In this document: piece by piece, positions 51,947 through 62,708 of the stretch
Position numbering within the stretch: the stretch's first letter is position 1
How the letters are laid out: each line of letters starts with the position of its first letter
The notes under the pieces: generated by a model
Databases searched by the model: none
Told to the model about the DNA's origin: nothing
The model's input: only the letters and a program-made list of their open reading frames with translations
NCBI GenBank assembly: GCA_019058445.1
Contig: JAHPZA010000004.1
Location: 354,184-418,183 of the forward strand
DNA length: 64,000 nucleotides
Source of the DNA: Promethearchaeota archaeon
GTDB lineage: Archaea; Asgardarchaeota; Lokiarchaeia; Sigyniarchaeales; SOKP01
Direction of reading: 5' to 3'
Made by a program: the position numbers and the translations under genes

Positions 51947-53248
51947 GTGGAAAAACAATTGTTAAAAAAAACTAGTTATGCTCAAGCAATAAATGACGAA
52001 ATTCTTGAGAAGCTTAGCCTGAAGAATAGATATGCCTGGGTGAATAATAATCTTCAATCGATTTTGACAACGGAACAATTTAATTTCTTTAGAAAAGTTC
52101 AAAGATTTTGTTTAAAATTTGAGAAGAAACACGATATTACTCATAAAACAGATGAGGATATTTATTCATGGATTCCCGAATTTGGAGCAGAAGGTTATAT
52201 TACCAGAGCTCATAGTTTTGAATGTTGTGATTTAAATCAAGACCCACATGGGGCAGTTCCTGACTTTTTAAGGAACCTGGCAATGGATATGTTCGATCCT
52301 CAATTTGCAATGGCAGGTGGGGCAACTGTTCTCGCAATCAACCCCGTTCATGAACATCATGAAAATATTCCCGTGAGACTCGAGGCTATGAAAGAATTGG
52401 CTACTGGTAAAACTCCAGGAGCGATTTGTATAACAGAACCTGAGCGAGGATCTGATGCGGTTCACATGCTTACTACTTGCGATGAGCAACCAGATGGAAG
52501 TTTTTTGCTTAATGGAAGAAAAATATTCAACACGAATGCGCCAAAATCAAAATGGATTGTCGTATATGCGACTTCTGAGCAAAATAACGGAAATACCATG
52601 GCACAATTCCTCGTTAATAGTGAATGGGATGGATGGAATTGTGAACGGGTTTTCATTCCGTGGGTTCCTAAAGTTCACTTAGGACATGAAACTTTTGAAA
52701 ATCTAAGAGTTCCAAAAGAATATATTTTAGGAGGTATCGGAAAGGGGCGTGAACACCTCTTTGAGGGTTTAGTACCTGAAAGAATAGGTATAGCCGCTAT
52801 GGGCATATCCGAGTCTTGGGGAGCTCTTTCTTTTGCCGCAATCTATGCAAATATGAGAAAACAATTTGACCAAGAGATTTTAAAATTCCAAGGTGTCGGA
52901 TTTCTCCTTTCAGAATTATGGGCAAAAACTACAAATCTCACATGGGGAATATTTAAGTTCATTGAAAATTATGACGAAAAAATGGAAAAATTTGGTGGTC
53001 AATTACCTCCAAATATCGCACGAGCATTAGTTGCTTCTGCATCCCAGTTTAAATTTCATTGTACGGCACTTACTAAGGAAGTATGTTATGAATGCGCCAA
53101 TTTGATGGGTGGAGCTGGCCTCTGTGATAATACCTTGATGCATGACCTTTTGAATATTTCTCGAATCCAAGAAATAGTAGGCGGTTCAAGGCAGATCCAA
53201 CAGTATATTATGAGTATGGCTCTCAGGCAATTATTTAAGATGATTTAA
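51947..53248 (+). CDS. Acyl-CoA dehydrogenase
   Basis: ITEPERGSD, LNGRKIF, RKQF..ILKFQGV, MGGAG. Confidence 0.9.
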   Translation: MEKQLLKKTSYAQAINDEILEKLSLKNRYAWVNNNLQSILTTEQFNFFRKVQRFCLKFEKKHDITHKTDEDIYSWIPEFGAEGYITRAHSFECCDLNQDPHGAVPDFLRNLAMDMFDPQFAMAGGATVLAINPVHEHHENIPVRLEAMKELATGKTPGAICITEPERGSDAVHMLTTCDEQPDGSFLLNGRKIFNTNAPKSKWIVVYATSEQNNGNTMAQFLVNSEWDGWNCERVFIPWVPKVHLGHETFENLRVPKEYILGGIGKGREHLFEGLVPERIGIAAMGISESWGALSFAAIYANMRKQFDQEILKFQGVGFLLSELWAKTTNLTWGIFKFIENYDEKMEKFGGQLPPNIARALVASASQFKFHCTALTKEVCYECANLMGGAGLCDNTLMHDLLNISRIQEIVGGSRQIQQYIMSMALRQLFKMI

Positions 53249-53581
53249 ATTCATTTATAGAAAAATTATTTTTCTATTTTTTTATTTTTAATCTATTTCG
53301 AAAAATGTGTCCATTCCAATATTTAGAGAATAGACCCATTTAAAAGTGACTATTTTTTTTTTAATCTTCTTTTGAATAGGAAAACTCTTAATTAGGAGGA
53401 ATAATTGGTAATTCGCAAAAAGAAATAGATGATTTTTCTACTTATTGTTTGCAGACCGATTCTATGGTATACTGATAATTTTTTAAAATCGTTTTTAGGA
53501 ATTTCAAGCCTAAAGGAGAGTAATATAAGATATAACACTTTAATAAAGAGAGAAAAAAAAAGTTTTTTTGAGTTTTTTAAA

Positions 53582-54877
53582 TCATACAGACATTTTATAT
53601 AATTGTCTCAAGGACATACTCATAATGTACTGTTGGATCTGCCTTGAACCGCCTACTATTTCTTGGATTCGAGAAATATTTAAGTAATCATGCATAAGAG
53701 TGTTATCACAAAGTCCAGCACCGCCCATACTGTTGGCGCATTCATAACACACATCTTTCGAAAGCATGGTGGCATGATATTTCAATTGGCTTGCACTCGC
53801 GACCATAACCTGTGCAATATTTGGAGGCAATTCCCCACCGAATTTTTCCATTTTCTCATCGAACAATTCGCAGAATTTGAGTAATCCTAAGGTTACATTA
53901 GTTACTCTCGCCCAGAGATCAGTTAATAGAAATCCGACACCTTGGAATAACAAGATCAATTTATCAAATTGTTTTCTTAAGTTTGCATAAATTACAGCAT
54001 GAGCTAATGAACCCCAGCATTGACTTATGCTCATAACCGCTATGGCAATTCTTTCTGGGACTAAACCCTCAAAGAGATGTTCACGTCCCTTTCCTACTGG
54101 TCCTAAGATATATTCTTTTGGAACCCTAGCATTCGTGAGAGTTTCTTTACCAAGAAAGAGTTTTGGCACCCATGGTATATATACTCGTTCGACATTAACA
54201 CCATCCCAAGAGGTATTTATCAGGAATTGGGCCATGGTATTTCCGTTATTTTGTTCAGCAGTAGCATATCCGACAAGCCATCTTGATTTAGGGGCATTCG
54301 TGCTGAAAATTTTAGTTCCATTAAGTAAAAAGCTCCCATCTGGTTGCTCATCGCAGGTCGTAAGCTGATGGACCGCATCTGAACCTCTTTCCGGTTCTGT
54401 TATTAGTATTGCTCCTGGGGATTTACCAGTGACCATTTCTTTTAGAGCCTCAATTCTTACTGGCACGTTATCATGGTGCTCATGCACGGGATTGATTGCG
54501 AGAACTGTTGCTCCTCCTCCCATGGCGAATTGTGGATCAAACATATCAATTGCGAGATTACGCATGAAATCCATTGCTAATCCATGCTCTTTATAGTTCA
54601 AATCACATTCAGTAAAAGGATGCATTCGCGTGATATAACCCTTTTCTCCAAAAGCAGGAACCCAATCATAAACATCCTCATCTGAATTATGTTTTATATT
54701 ATTTTGTTTTTCAAACTTAAGACAAAATCTTTGAACCTGGCGTAAGAATCCGAATTCTTCCGTTGATAAAGCAGAAGTTAAATTATTATTTAAAAAGTTA
54801 TATCGGTTTTTAAGGCTAAATTTACCAAGGATTTCATCATTTATCGCTTGAGCATATTTTGTTTTTTCTAATGGCAT
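53582..54877 (-). CDS. Acyl-CoA dehydrogenase (convergent paralog)
   Basis: Same motifs; aligns over the full length with 51947-53248. Confidence 0.9.
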   Translation of the reverse strand: MPLEKTKYAQAINDEILGKFSLKNRYNFLNNNLTSALSTEEFGFLRQVQRFCLKFEKQNNIKHNSDEDVYDWVPAFGEKGYITRMHPFTECDLNYKEHGLAMDFMRNLAIDMFDPQFAMGGGATVLAINPVHEHHDNVPVRIEALKEMVTGKSPGAILITEPERGSDAVHQLTTCDEQPDGSFLLNGTKIFSTNAPKSRWLVGYATAEQNNGNTMAQFLINTSWDGVNVERVYIPWVPKLFLGKETLTNARVPKEYILGPVGKGREHLFEGLVPERIAIAVMSISQCWGSLAHAVIYANLRKQFDKLILLFQGVGFLLTDLWARVTNVTLGLLKFCELFDEKMEKFGGELPPNIAQVMVASASQLKYHATMLSKDVCYECANSMGGAGLCDNTLMHDYLNISRIQEIVGGSRQIQQYIMSMSLRQLYKMSV

Positions 54878-55267
54878 TTTCTTTATATCCTTTTTTAAAT
54901 TTTTTTATAATTATATTAAATTATACTAATGGGAATGTGAATTTGTTTTTTAACTTTTTTTTCCACAATTTCAATTCTAATCAAATTGATTATTAATCAA
55001 TATATAAGTCCATAAGTAAGCTAAAAGCCATATTTAGATTAGACAAATCTTATCCATAAAAAATGGATTTTCTCATATTTGGTTAAGAAACTGAAGAGAA
55101 TTATACGAAATCTGTTGAATTGAGCCAAACTCTATTTCTTTCTATGGTTTTAAAAATTATAAACATGTAGGATCTTTATTATATAAGTAATTATGTAAAA
55201 ATTAAAAAGAAGTAAAATGATTTGATAAATAAAATTAAAATAAAAAGGTATTTTAAAAGATTAAGAT

Positions 55268-55489
55268 TTAGTCGTCTTCCTCTTCTTCACTCATGAGATC
55301 CTCGATTTTCGCTTCTAGTTCCTCGATTTTTTGATCGATTTCTTCAATTTTTTTAAAGACTTCACACGTTTCACATCCGTCATCTTCTTCACATTGGGGT
55401 AATGTATCACATTTTTCTTCTAAAGCATCTCTTTCATCCAATAAATTATCCACTTCTTCTTGAAGTTTCTCAACACTCATAATTTTCAC
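55268..55489 (-). CDS. Small acidic helical-hairpin protein with four Cys
   Basis: Heptad helices flanking C-x5-C-x5-CxxC; strong Asp/Glu bias. Confidence 0.65.
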   Translation of the reverse strand: MKIMSVEKLQEEVDNLLDERDALEEKCDTLPQCEEDDGCETCEVFKKIEEIDQKIEELEAKIEDLMSEEEEDD

Positions 55490-55568
55490 CTATTAAAAAT
55501 CAATGTTACTTCCTTTATTTTTTTTTTGATTAATATATTTGGATTAATAAACGGCTAATAACAATATA

Positions 55569-56381
55569 TTACGAAAAAGAAGGCAAGAAAAAAACAAGCA
55601 AGATAAGAGCGAATATTATTATGAGAGCTATGGAAAATAGTTTTTTTTTCCTTTTACGCTTATATTTCTGCATTAACTGGGGATCTTCTTTAGGATTTTC
55701 AATAATTCTTTCAACTGTTTCAGAATCTTCGGCAACTACCCTGGATATTTTTTCAAGTTTGCGAATTTCTTTAATTCTCTTTTTCTCATCTGCTATGGCA
55801 TTTTTAATTATCTCAAACGTTTCTTCAGGGAGATCTTCTTCAGCAAGCATGACATCTTTAACTAATAAATCCAATCCAACAGTTAATTTATAATTCATGG
55901 AAAAATTTTTGTCTACAAATTTTTTAATTAGAGAGCTCTTTCCTACTGAAGCGTCGCCAGCTAATAAGACCTTAAATCTAAAATGATTCGAATCAACAAT
56001 TTCACCTAATCGAGGCTTTATATTTAAAAGAGCAACAAGTGCTAATGTTTCAAAAAGTTTGTCTACATTAATATTGTTTAAAGCAGAGGTTTCTATATAA
56101 TCTATTAAATTATTACGATTTACTTTTTGAATTACGATATCTCTTTGAATAGATTCACCAATAGATTTAACTAAATCGATCTTATTACCAACCAAAATTA
56201 TTGGAATATTTCCTGAGCGCTCACGAATATCATCAAAATATATATCAATATTTTCGAATGTTTCATGACGAGTTAAATCGAAAACTAATCCAACAGCGGC
56301 AGTTCCTTTGAAGAAATCAGTTTTGAAAAAATCAAACCGCTCTTGCCCTCCAATATCCCATAAACTCAGAGTAATCCTCAA
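55569..56381 (-). CDS. Circularly permuted Rab-like GTPase (G3-G4-G5-G1-G2) with coiled coil and C-terminal TM anchor
   Basis: WDIGGQERF, GNKID and ETSAL precede GDASVGKS and LTVGLD; polybasic KRKRKKK then a hydrophobic C-terminal helix. Confidence 0.8.
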   Translation of the reverse strand: MRITLSLWDIGGQERFDFFKTDFFKGTAAVGLVFDLTRHETFENIDIYFDDIRERSGNIPIILVGNKIDLVKSIGESIQRDIVIQKVNRNNLIDYIETSALNNINVDKLFETLALVALLNIKPRLGEIVDSNHFRFKVLLAGDASVGKSSLIKKFVDKNFSMNYKLTVGLDLLVKDVMLAEEDLPEETFEIIKNAIADEKKRIKEIRKLEKISRVVAEDSETVERIIENPKEDPQLMQKYKRKRKKKLFSIALIIIFALILLVFFLPSFS

Positions 56382-56552
56382 ATATATTGCGCTCCTCGAA
56401 TCATTTATTTTTCACTATTTTTTCCTAAAAGGATAATGTTTTCAAGAAAATTATTGATATTATAATATTATGGAAAGTATAAATATCTTAAAGTTATTAT
56501 AAAATACTACGATAATGTGAAAAATGAGACTTGTTTTTAAATTTTTGTTGGT

Positions 56553-57275
56553 TTATTTTTCCCAAACTCCAATGAAATCATCGGTTAGTTTTAAAATTTT
56601 ATTAAAACCTAGGTTTTTATACAATTCCCTTAGACTCTTTTCATCATGTTGCCAGCTTGAGCGCTTGTGATATGAATTGATTCCATCATTATCGGCTAAA
56701 AAAAAATCTAAAAATTTAATTACTTTTTCAGGAAAAAATTTAGTTATAAACATTGTTGTTTTTCCAATGAAAGCATATGCATGCACATCCTGAGGCTTTA
56801 CCGCAATAGGCTCACATAAAATGATTTTATTCGCATGTTTTTTAGCATTCTCCACTAAATCAATGTGTCTATTTGTTTGAGCATCATAAATATGATGAAG
56901 AATATCACAGAAGACAATGACATCCTGAGGTTCTTTAGGATATTTATCATAATCGAAGATATTATTCTGTTTTAAAATTAATTTCTTTAGGTTAATTTTA
57001 CCGCTTTTCCAGTCTTTATGCATTTTTTTTAAAAATCTATGATTAAGGTCAAACCCAGTATAAGTAGTTGAGGAACTCAAAAATCTGGTGAGAAATCCAG
57101 TGCCACATGGCAGATCAAAAACTTTTTTTGATCCATTTCCTATTAATTTTGCAATTGTCGAATATTTCTCATATCTATCATACAGACAATCAGTAACAAA
57201 GTTATAAATAATCCCACTCCGATAGGGGAGACTTCTAAAACCCGCAAATCGTTGAAATCCCGTTTTAGTAGCCAT
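56553..57275 (-). CDS. Class I SAM-dependent methyltransferase
   Basis: VFDLPCGTG, GFDLN and DILHH motifs. Confidence 0.82.
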   Translation of the reverse strand: MATKTGFQRFAGFRSLPYRSGIIYNFVTDCLYDRYEKYSTIAKLIGNGSKKVFDLPCGTGFLTRFLSSSTTYTGFDLNHRFLKKMHKDWKSGKINLKKLILKQNNIFDYDKYPKEPQDVIVFCDILHHIYDAQTNRHIDLVENAKKHANKIILCEPIAVKPQDVHAYAFIGKTTMFITKFFPEKVIKFLDFFLADNDGINSYHKRSSWQHDEKSLRELYKNLGFNKILKLTDDFIGVWEK

Positions 57276-57518
57276 ATTGAACTCAATATCACAGTAATTA
57301 ATAAAAATTGGTTATTAAAAAAGTAGTTAAATTTTATTAAAAAGTTTATCTTTTTAATAAGCTAAAATTAGATAAAAATCACTTCATACTGAGCATATTC
57401 TCATAAATCTTAGGAAGTTGATAACCTTCTCAGATAATAATTTACTCATAAAATATGAAAAAAAATGAAAAAAGTTAAAATTGTTATGTTGGGAATGGTC
57501 ACTAATCCCTTATTCATA

Positions 57519-59570
57519 CTAAACTTTCAATTTCTCAATTTTTTCTTCTATCTCTTTATCGAGAGTTATCAATTCTTTTTCCAGATCTTTAATTTCTTGC
57601 GAGATGGTTTCAAATCGCTCTTCTTGGATACTTAGCTTTTTAATGTACTTCTCTTTTAAAGTATTTTCTTGAGAGGTATTGCCTAACACAGAAATATTTT
57701 CTCTCAGTCTTGCCTGTTCTTCAGTCATCTGATATTTTTCATCTTCTAACTTGGATTTCTTGGTATTAAGATCATTCTTTCTGCCTATTAGTTCACCAAT
57801 TTCCTTAAGTTGTGCTTCTAATTCTTGATTTATAAATTTTTGCCGGACATAAAAAGCGACTCGTTTGAGGAGATCTTCTTTTGTATAATTATAAAGATAA
57901 TAGCTCGAATAATCTTCCTTGCGTTCCTTGATTTCAAATTTAACAGCATCCTTAGGCTTAAGAGTTAATTTAAACCGCCAGAAATTAGGAGTCTCTTCTG
58001 GTTCAGTAGGACTTTCTAAAATTTTATACCCATACTGTTTGGGGTGATCTAAATAAAGTTCTTTATCTTCATTAGTTTTATTCTTGATTTTATAAAGTGT
58101 TCTTGAATTGGTATAATAGTATTCATAGCAATATGCTCCTCCAAATGAGATTCTATGAATGTCTTGATTCTGAGAAAAAGTTTCGTGAGTAATTACTACA
58201 GCTTGTTCTACAGCATAATTTAAAAGTCGGGTATCATCTTTATTTAAAAAAGGAATTATTGCTTCCCCGGCAAGGTTATTATCATAAATTATAGTTGCGG
58301 GGCCTCTCTCTAAAGTCAAACCAGAATCATTTGTAACCTCAATACAGGCATTTGGATTTTTATCGTATTCATTCTTATTATAAAGTAGAATTTTTTTTGC
58401 TTTTATTTCTTCAGTTAATATAGGAACAAGTGCACTATGCTTTCTTTTAATAGACACTGGATTTGAGATATTATATTCAAAAAGTTCACCAAGATCTTTT
58501 GTCTGGGTAGATGTTTGAGCCTTGACTTTATCCATTAAGGTTTCATCATCCATATCCGCAGCAAAACCCACGGTAGAGGCGGTCATTCTCCCTCCTGGAG
58601 CTGGTGGAGGCATTCCCCCTCGTGCTACTTGTTTAGCTTTTTCCAAGGCTCGCATAGGCATCGCTTCAGCTTCTTCCATTTTGTACTCTTTGAATTTATC
58701 CATTTCTAAGCCTTCCTCGATTTCAGTCGGTTTAGCACTTAATACGCGAGGAGGTTGAATTATATGTCTTTGAATATAAATAGGTCTATAAAAATCATAA
58801 ATAAACGATACAGGCATTCCAGCGACTAGAGATAATTCAATATCCTCCCAATCTACATTTGTAGTGTTTTCCACCAAGCTCCAACCAGAGAGCAAACATT
58901 TTTGGTCTAGAGCTTGTTGCTTACTCATAATTAACCTATAGGAAGTCTTCCATACTGGCGATTCTCTTATGAAACTGACAATAATTGTTCGTTCACCCTC
59001 TTGTCCTCCTGCTTCGCAATTAATTGTTATCTTTTTTGAATCCTTTTTTTTTCCAGCAATTACCGTGTCTAAGAAAAATTTTAAATCCTTTTGCAAGTCT
59101 TCACTTAAAATCTTAAAGGATGTTATTTCAGAAAAGGGAATCTTAGTAATAACACCATCATCCTTTAATAAAGCCAGTAATTTCTCAAGGACTTTTTCCT
59201 CTTTAACAAATTTTTCAACAAATTCAATTCCCATTATGGTGCCAGAGACTTTTTCACTACTTCCTATCGTTAAGTCTATTGCTGCACCTTTAATTTGAGT
59301 AATAAGAGATGACAGAGAATTTGTATCAGGAACGTTTAACATAATAGATTTTAACAATTGTGATGTCTCTAAAGCAGCATCATATGAAATAGATGAAATA
59401 TACCCTTTTTCGCTTGTATCTAAAACGAAAAGAGACTTCAAAACGTCATTCATTTCATCAATTTTAAACTCAAGTTCAAATGTACCAGTGCCTTTTATTT
59501 TTCCCTCATTTGTAAAGAATGATATTCCAGTTCTATGTATTATGACTTTTTTTACTTTTAATTTATTCAT
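57519..59570 (-). CDS. DUF4139/DUF4140-like protein with C-terminal coiled coil
   Basis: MNDVLKSL.VLD, PVWKTSYRL, VENTT..DW..I.LSLVAG.P.SF, GELFEY, SALVPI. Confidence 0.75.
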   Translation of the reverse strand: MNKLKVKKVIIHRTGISFFTNEGKIKGTGTFELEFKIDEMNDVLKSLFVLDTSEKGYISSISYDAALETSQLLKSIMLNVPDTNSLSSLITQIKGAAIDLTIGSSEKVSGTIMGIEFVEKFVKEEKVLEKLLALLKDDGVITKIPFSEITSFKILSEDLQKDLKFFLDTVIAGKKKDSKKITINCEAGGQEGERTIIVSFIRESPVWKTSYRLIMSKQQALDQKCLLSGWSLVENTTNVDWEDIELSLVAGMPVSFIYDFYRPIYIQRHIIQPPRVLSAKPTEIEEGLEMDKFKEYKMEEAEAMPMRALEKAKQVARGGMPPPAPGGRMTASTVGFAADMDDETLMDKVKAQTSTQTKDLGELFEYNISNPVSIKRKHSALVPILTEEIKAKKILLYNKNEYDKNPNACIEVTNDSGLTLERGPATIIYDNNLAGEAIIPFLNKDDTRLLNYAVEQAVVITHETFSQNQDIHRISFGGAYCYEYYYTNSRTLYKIKNKTNEDKELYLDHPKQYGYKILESPTEPEETPNFWRFKLTLKPKDAVKFEIKERKEDYSSYYLYNYTKEDLLKRVAFYVRQKFINQELEAQLKEIGELIGRKNDLNTKKSKLEDEKYQMTEEQARLRENISVLGNTSQENTLKEKYIKKLSIQEERFETISQEIKDLEKELITLDKEIEEKIEKLKV

Positions 59571-59737
59571 AGAATTATCACGATCTATTAATAATATAAA
59601 TTTATTCTTTGATTCAAAACTTTAATCAACCAAACAATTAAGAAAAATTATGAAAATCTCAATTAAATGCTCCAAAAATAATGAAAAATTAAATTACATA
59701 TAAAATAGATAAGTGGATACTCATTTTTCATGGTTAT

Positions 59738-61477
59738 CTAGATATAGTATCTACTAAAAATACTGTCAATTCCTTTTGGAGTGAAATTCTTATAAAGACA
59801 ATCATTTAACAATTTTTTATCTATACTTGGATAAATTTTATATAGTCGAATTAAAAATTGAAATAAATTAATAAATTGTCTAGGAGAATTATCTGCATAA
59901 TTTAAATCCTTTAAATCATCATATTCTTCATTCCAAATCTTTTTAATCACAGAATTAATTGTCACTCTCGTCTCCTTTAAATTCCGTGATAGCTCAATAG
60001 AAGTTCTGACACCGATTTTAATAAATTCTATTATCTTTGGCTTATAATAGTATTCCAATTTTGCTTCATTAAAAGTCATCTCTAAAGATTTAGCAATTCT
60101 TTGACTTATCGCAGAGTAATCCTTAAATTCAAACAATACTGAAATTGTTGTAGGAGAATGTCCATCTGATATTAATTTTATAAAGAAAAGACGTTCAATT
60201 TCTTCAAAAAAAAGTATTTTATTTATTAAATCATCAAAGTATGTTTTATTAATTCTTTGAAAAATACGAAATAATAATTGAGCTTCATAAAAAGTTAAAT
60301 CCCAGTATTCTCTTATACGTGCTCTTATAGTGACATTTGTCGTATTATAAAGTTCAGCAATTTTATATTCATCCAATCCCTCCTCTATAAGGTTCTTTAA
60401 CTCATTCTTAGGAATAAATACAAATTGGTAAGATTCTATGCCTCTTAATGCATATTCTAAATGTCTTTTATATAACCTTTCTTGATAAACATCCATAACT
60501 CCAAACAAGAACCGAACTTCCGTCAGATCTTTTATGCCTAGCGACTTCAGTCTTCGATATAATATTCCATGATTAATATTCAGTTTTTCACAGATCTCAT
60601 CATGAAATAATCCTTGTTCTATAAGTTCTATAAGCTTTTCAAGATCAACATCAATATAACCCCTAATTTTGAATGGAATCCACCCTCCAAAGGCTTTTCT
60701 TGCAGAATTAATAGTTGTAATTCCAAGATCCCCCCATAATTCTTTTATCTTAGAATTCACAGTAGAATAACCTATTTAAAACTCATTTGCTATATCTTGT
60801 GTGAAATAACCCGACTGTATCATCTTTTTAAGTTCATCTTCGGGAATATTTACATATCGAGGATTCAAAAAACCGTATAAAACAGGATATCCTGTGCCTC
60901 CACGATTTAGATTATATCCATATAAAGGTTTTATTTCTTGATTATCAAAAGTAAATTATTTGTAAACATAGGTTTTGTAAAATTCAATATATTATTTCTC
61001 TTTATTACAGTGGTCAATAAGATCTGTTGTATAATCAATAACTTGAATAGTAAACTCTCCTCCATCTGTTTGTGAGAATTTCTCATCTACAGTTATTACT
61101 TCAAAATCTTTGTTATACCTTTCAAATGCGTTTTGTAAATATTTATTATCAGAGGTTCTAATATGTTCCAAGAATCTTATCCTTAAACTACGAATAGTAC
61201 ATCCAATATAATACATTTCATGATCTAATGATTTATCTTTATTCTGATCGATAAGAATATAAATTACACCATAAAATTCACCCCAAAAATTATTGTCATT
61301 ACCATCATTTGTATTTCTGTTGGTGATTGTACGAGAATAGGTATTTAGAGGGTTGTTTATCTTCCTTACTGGTATTGTTGGATCTTTAATGGTATTTTTA
61401 AAAGAACAATAACGCTTTCTCATTTTATTATTTTTTTTTCCAATTTTTTCTGTTTTATAATTCGATTTATTATACAT
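59738..61477 (-). pseudogene. GIY-YIG endonuclease with multiple C-terminal HTH-like repeats; single frame broken by three TAA codons
   Basis: GVIY...YYIGCT, RFLEH, EK*YIEFYKT, GYNLNRGG; TAA at 60992-60994, 60956-60958 and 60776-60778; in frame with 59738-60760. Confidence 0.75.
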
Positions 61478-61804
61478 TTTTAAATAAAAAAATAAAAGGA
61501 GTGTGCAATAGATCTAGAAAATTTTCAATTTGAATCATTCTCTTTATAATAAAGTGGAAATGAGGAGTAATAAGTAATATATTAAAATTTTTGAAGACAA
61601 TGTCATGAACTGCTGAAAAGGTAAATTTAGAGACTGATTTCAATGAAAATTTGGTGAAAAAACTAAACTGAAACTAATGGCAATGAAGGTACAATAAAAT
61701 ATTAAAGATATCTATCATAATGAACTTATGTAAATATATTAGTCAAACTCATCAAGAGCTTGCCAGGCTAAGAACAAACATTAATAATAAAAAGGTGAAA
61801 CAGA

Positions 61805-62503
61805 TTGAATTTAAATGAAGAAATTCATCATAAGTTAATCTCTAAAGGCGCTTCAATAGTAGGTTTTGCAGATTTAAAAAATGTATCCTATCAAATAAGA
61901 AATGATCTAAGGTATGGTATAGTCATAGGAATAAAGTTAAATCCAAAGGTTATAAAAAAAATTAATCCAGGACCAAGTTTGGATTATTATAATGAATATG
62001 ACCATGTAAATGAAAGATTAAATGAAATTGGTGATTATACGGAATTACTTCTAAAAAGTAAAGGATATGATGCCTTTTCTAAAAGTCAAAAAAATATTTT
62101 TATAGATCAAAATACTAAAAGAACAGATTTACCTCATAAAACTGTTGCTACAAGAGCGGGTCTTGGATGGATTGGGAAATGTGCTTTGTTAATTACAGAC
62201 CAATTTGGTGCTGCAATTCGTCTTACTACTGTATTAACTAATGCTGAGATAAAGGTAGGGAGTCCAATAAATAGCTCGAAATGTGGTGAGTGTGAAGAAT
62301 GTAAAAAGATCTGCCCTGCAGAAGCCGTTAGAGGATATAATTGGGATATAAATCTGGAGAGAGATACCTTCTTTGAAGCTTTAAAATGTCGAGATAAAAT
62401 CATTGAAAGGGGAGAAAAATTAAAATTAAGAGAGGCTATGTGTGGTTTATGTATCTATATATGTCCATGGACGCAAAAATATCTAAAGAATATTGGGGAT
62501 TAG
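61805..62503 (+). CDS. QueG/epoxyqueuosine-reductase-like 4Fe-4S protein
   Basis: HKTVATRAGLGWIGK, CGECEECKKICP and CGLCIYICPW. Confidence 0.8.
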   Translation: MNLNEEIHHKLISKGASIVGFADLKNVSYQIRNDLRYGIVIGIKLNPKVIKKINPGPSLDYYNEYDHVNERLNEIGDYTELLLKSKGYDAFSKSQKNIFIDQNTKRTDLPHKTVATRAGLGWIGKCALLITDQFGAAIRLTTVLTNAEIKVGSPINSSKCGECEECKKICPAEAVRGYNWDINLERDTFFEALKCRDKIIERGEKLKLREAMCGLCIYICPWTQKYLKNIGD

Positions 62504-62708
62504 ACATAGGGTTTAAGATCTTATTTTTCTATCGTTTTTGAGAATTTTTTTTGCTTAAGAACAATTATAATTTATACTGAAATTATATTTAAGTAAAAAA
62601 TGGTTATTTCTTTGATAATGAAAGTAATAAAATCGCTGAGATAATTTTGATTTATGAAAAATAGAAGAGATCTGCTAAATTACTAAATTTAAAAAAAATT
62701 TTAAAATT

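Noticed and set aside
59738-61477. TAA stop-codon reassignment
   Set aside because: Most intact genes in the window end in TAA, so decay under AT bias is simpler.
61560-61800. CRISPR-like, C/D-box or SECIS-like motifs (CTGA, GAAAC, ATGA)
   Set aside because: No regularly spaced repeats, no terminal stem, and no selenoprotein candidate nearby.
528-62403. Numerous short ORFs overlapping or antisense to well-supported genes (e.g. 24843-25184, 29508-29870, 47546-47899, 54027-54368, 58969-59298)
   Set aside because: Shadow ORFs with no motifs, nested within confident CDSs.
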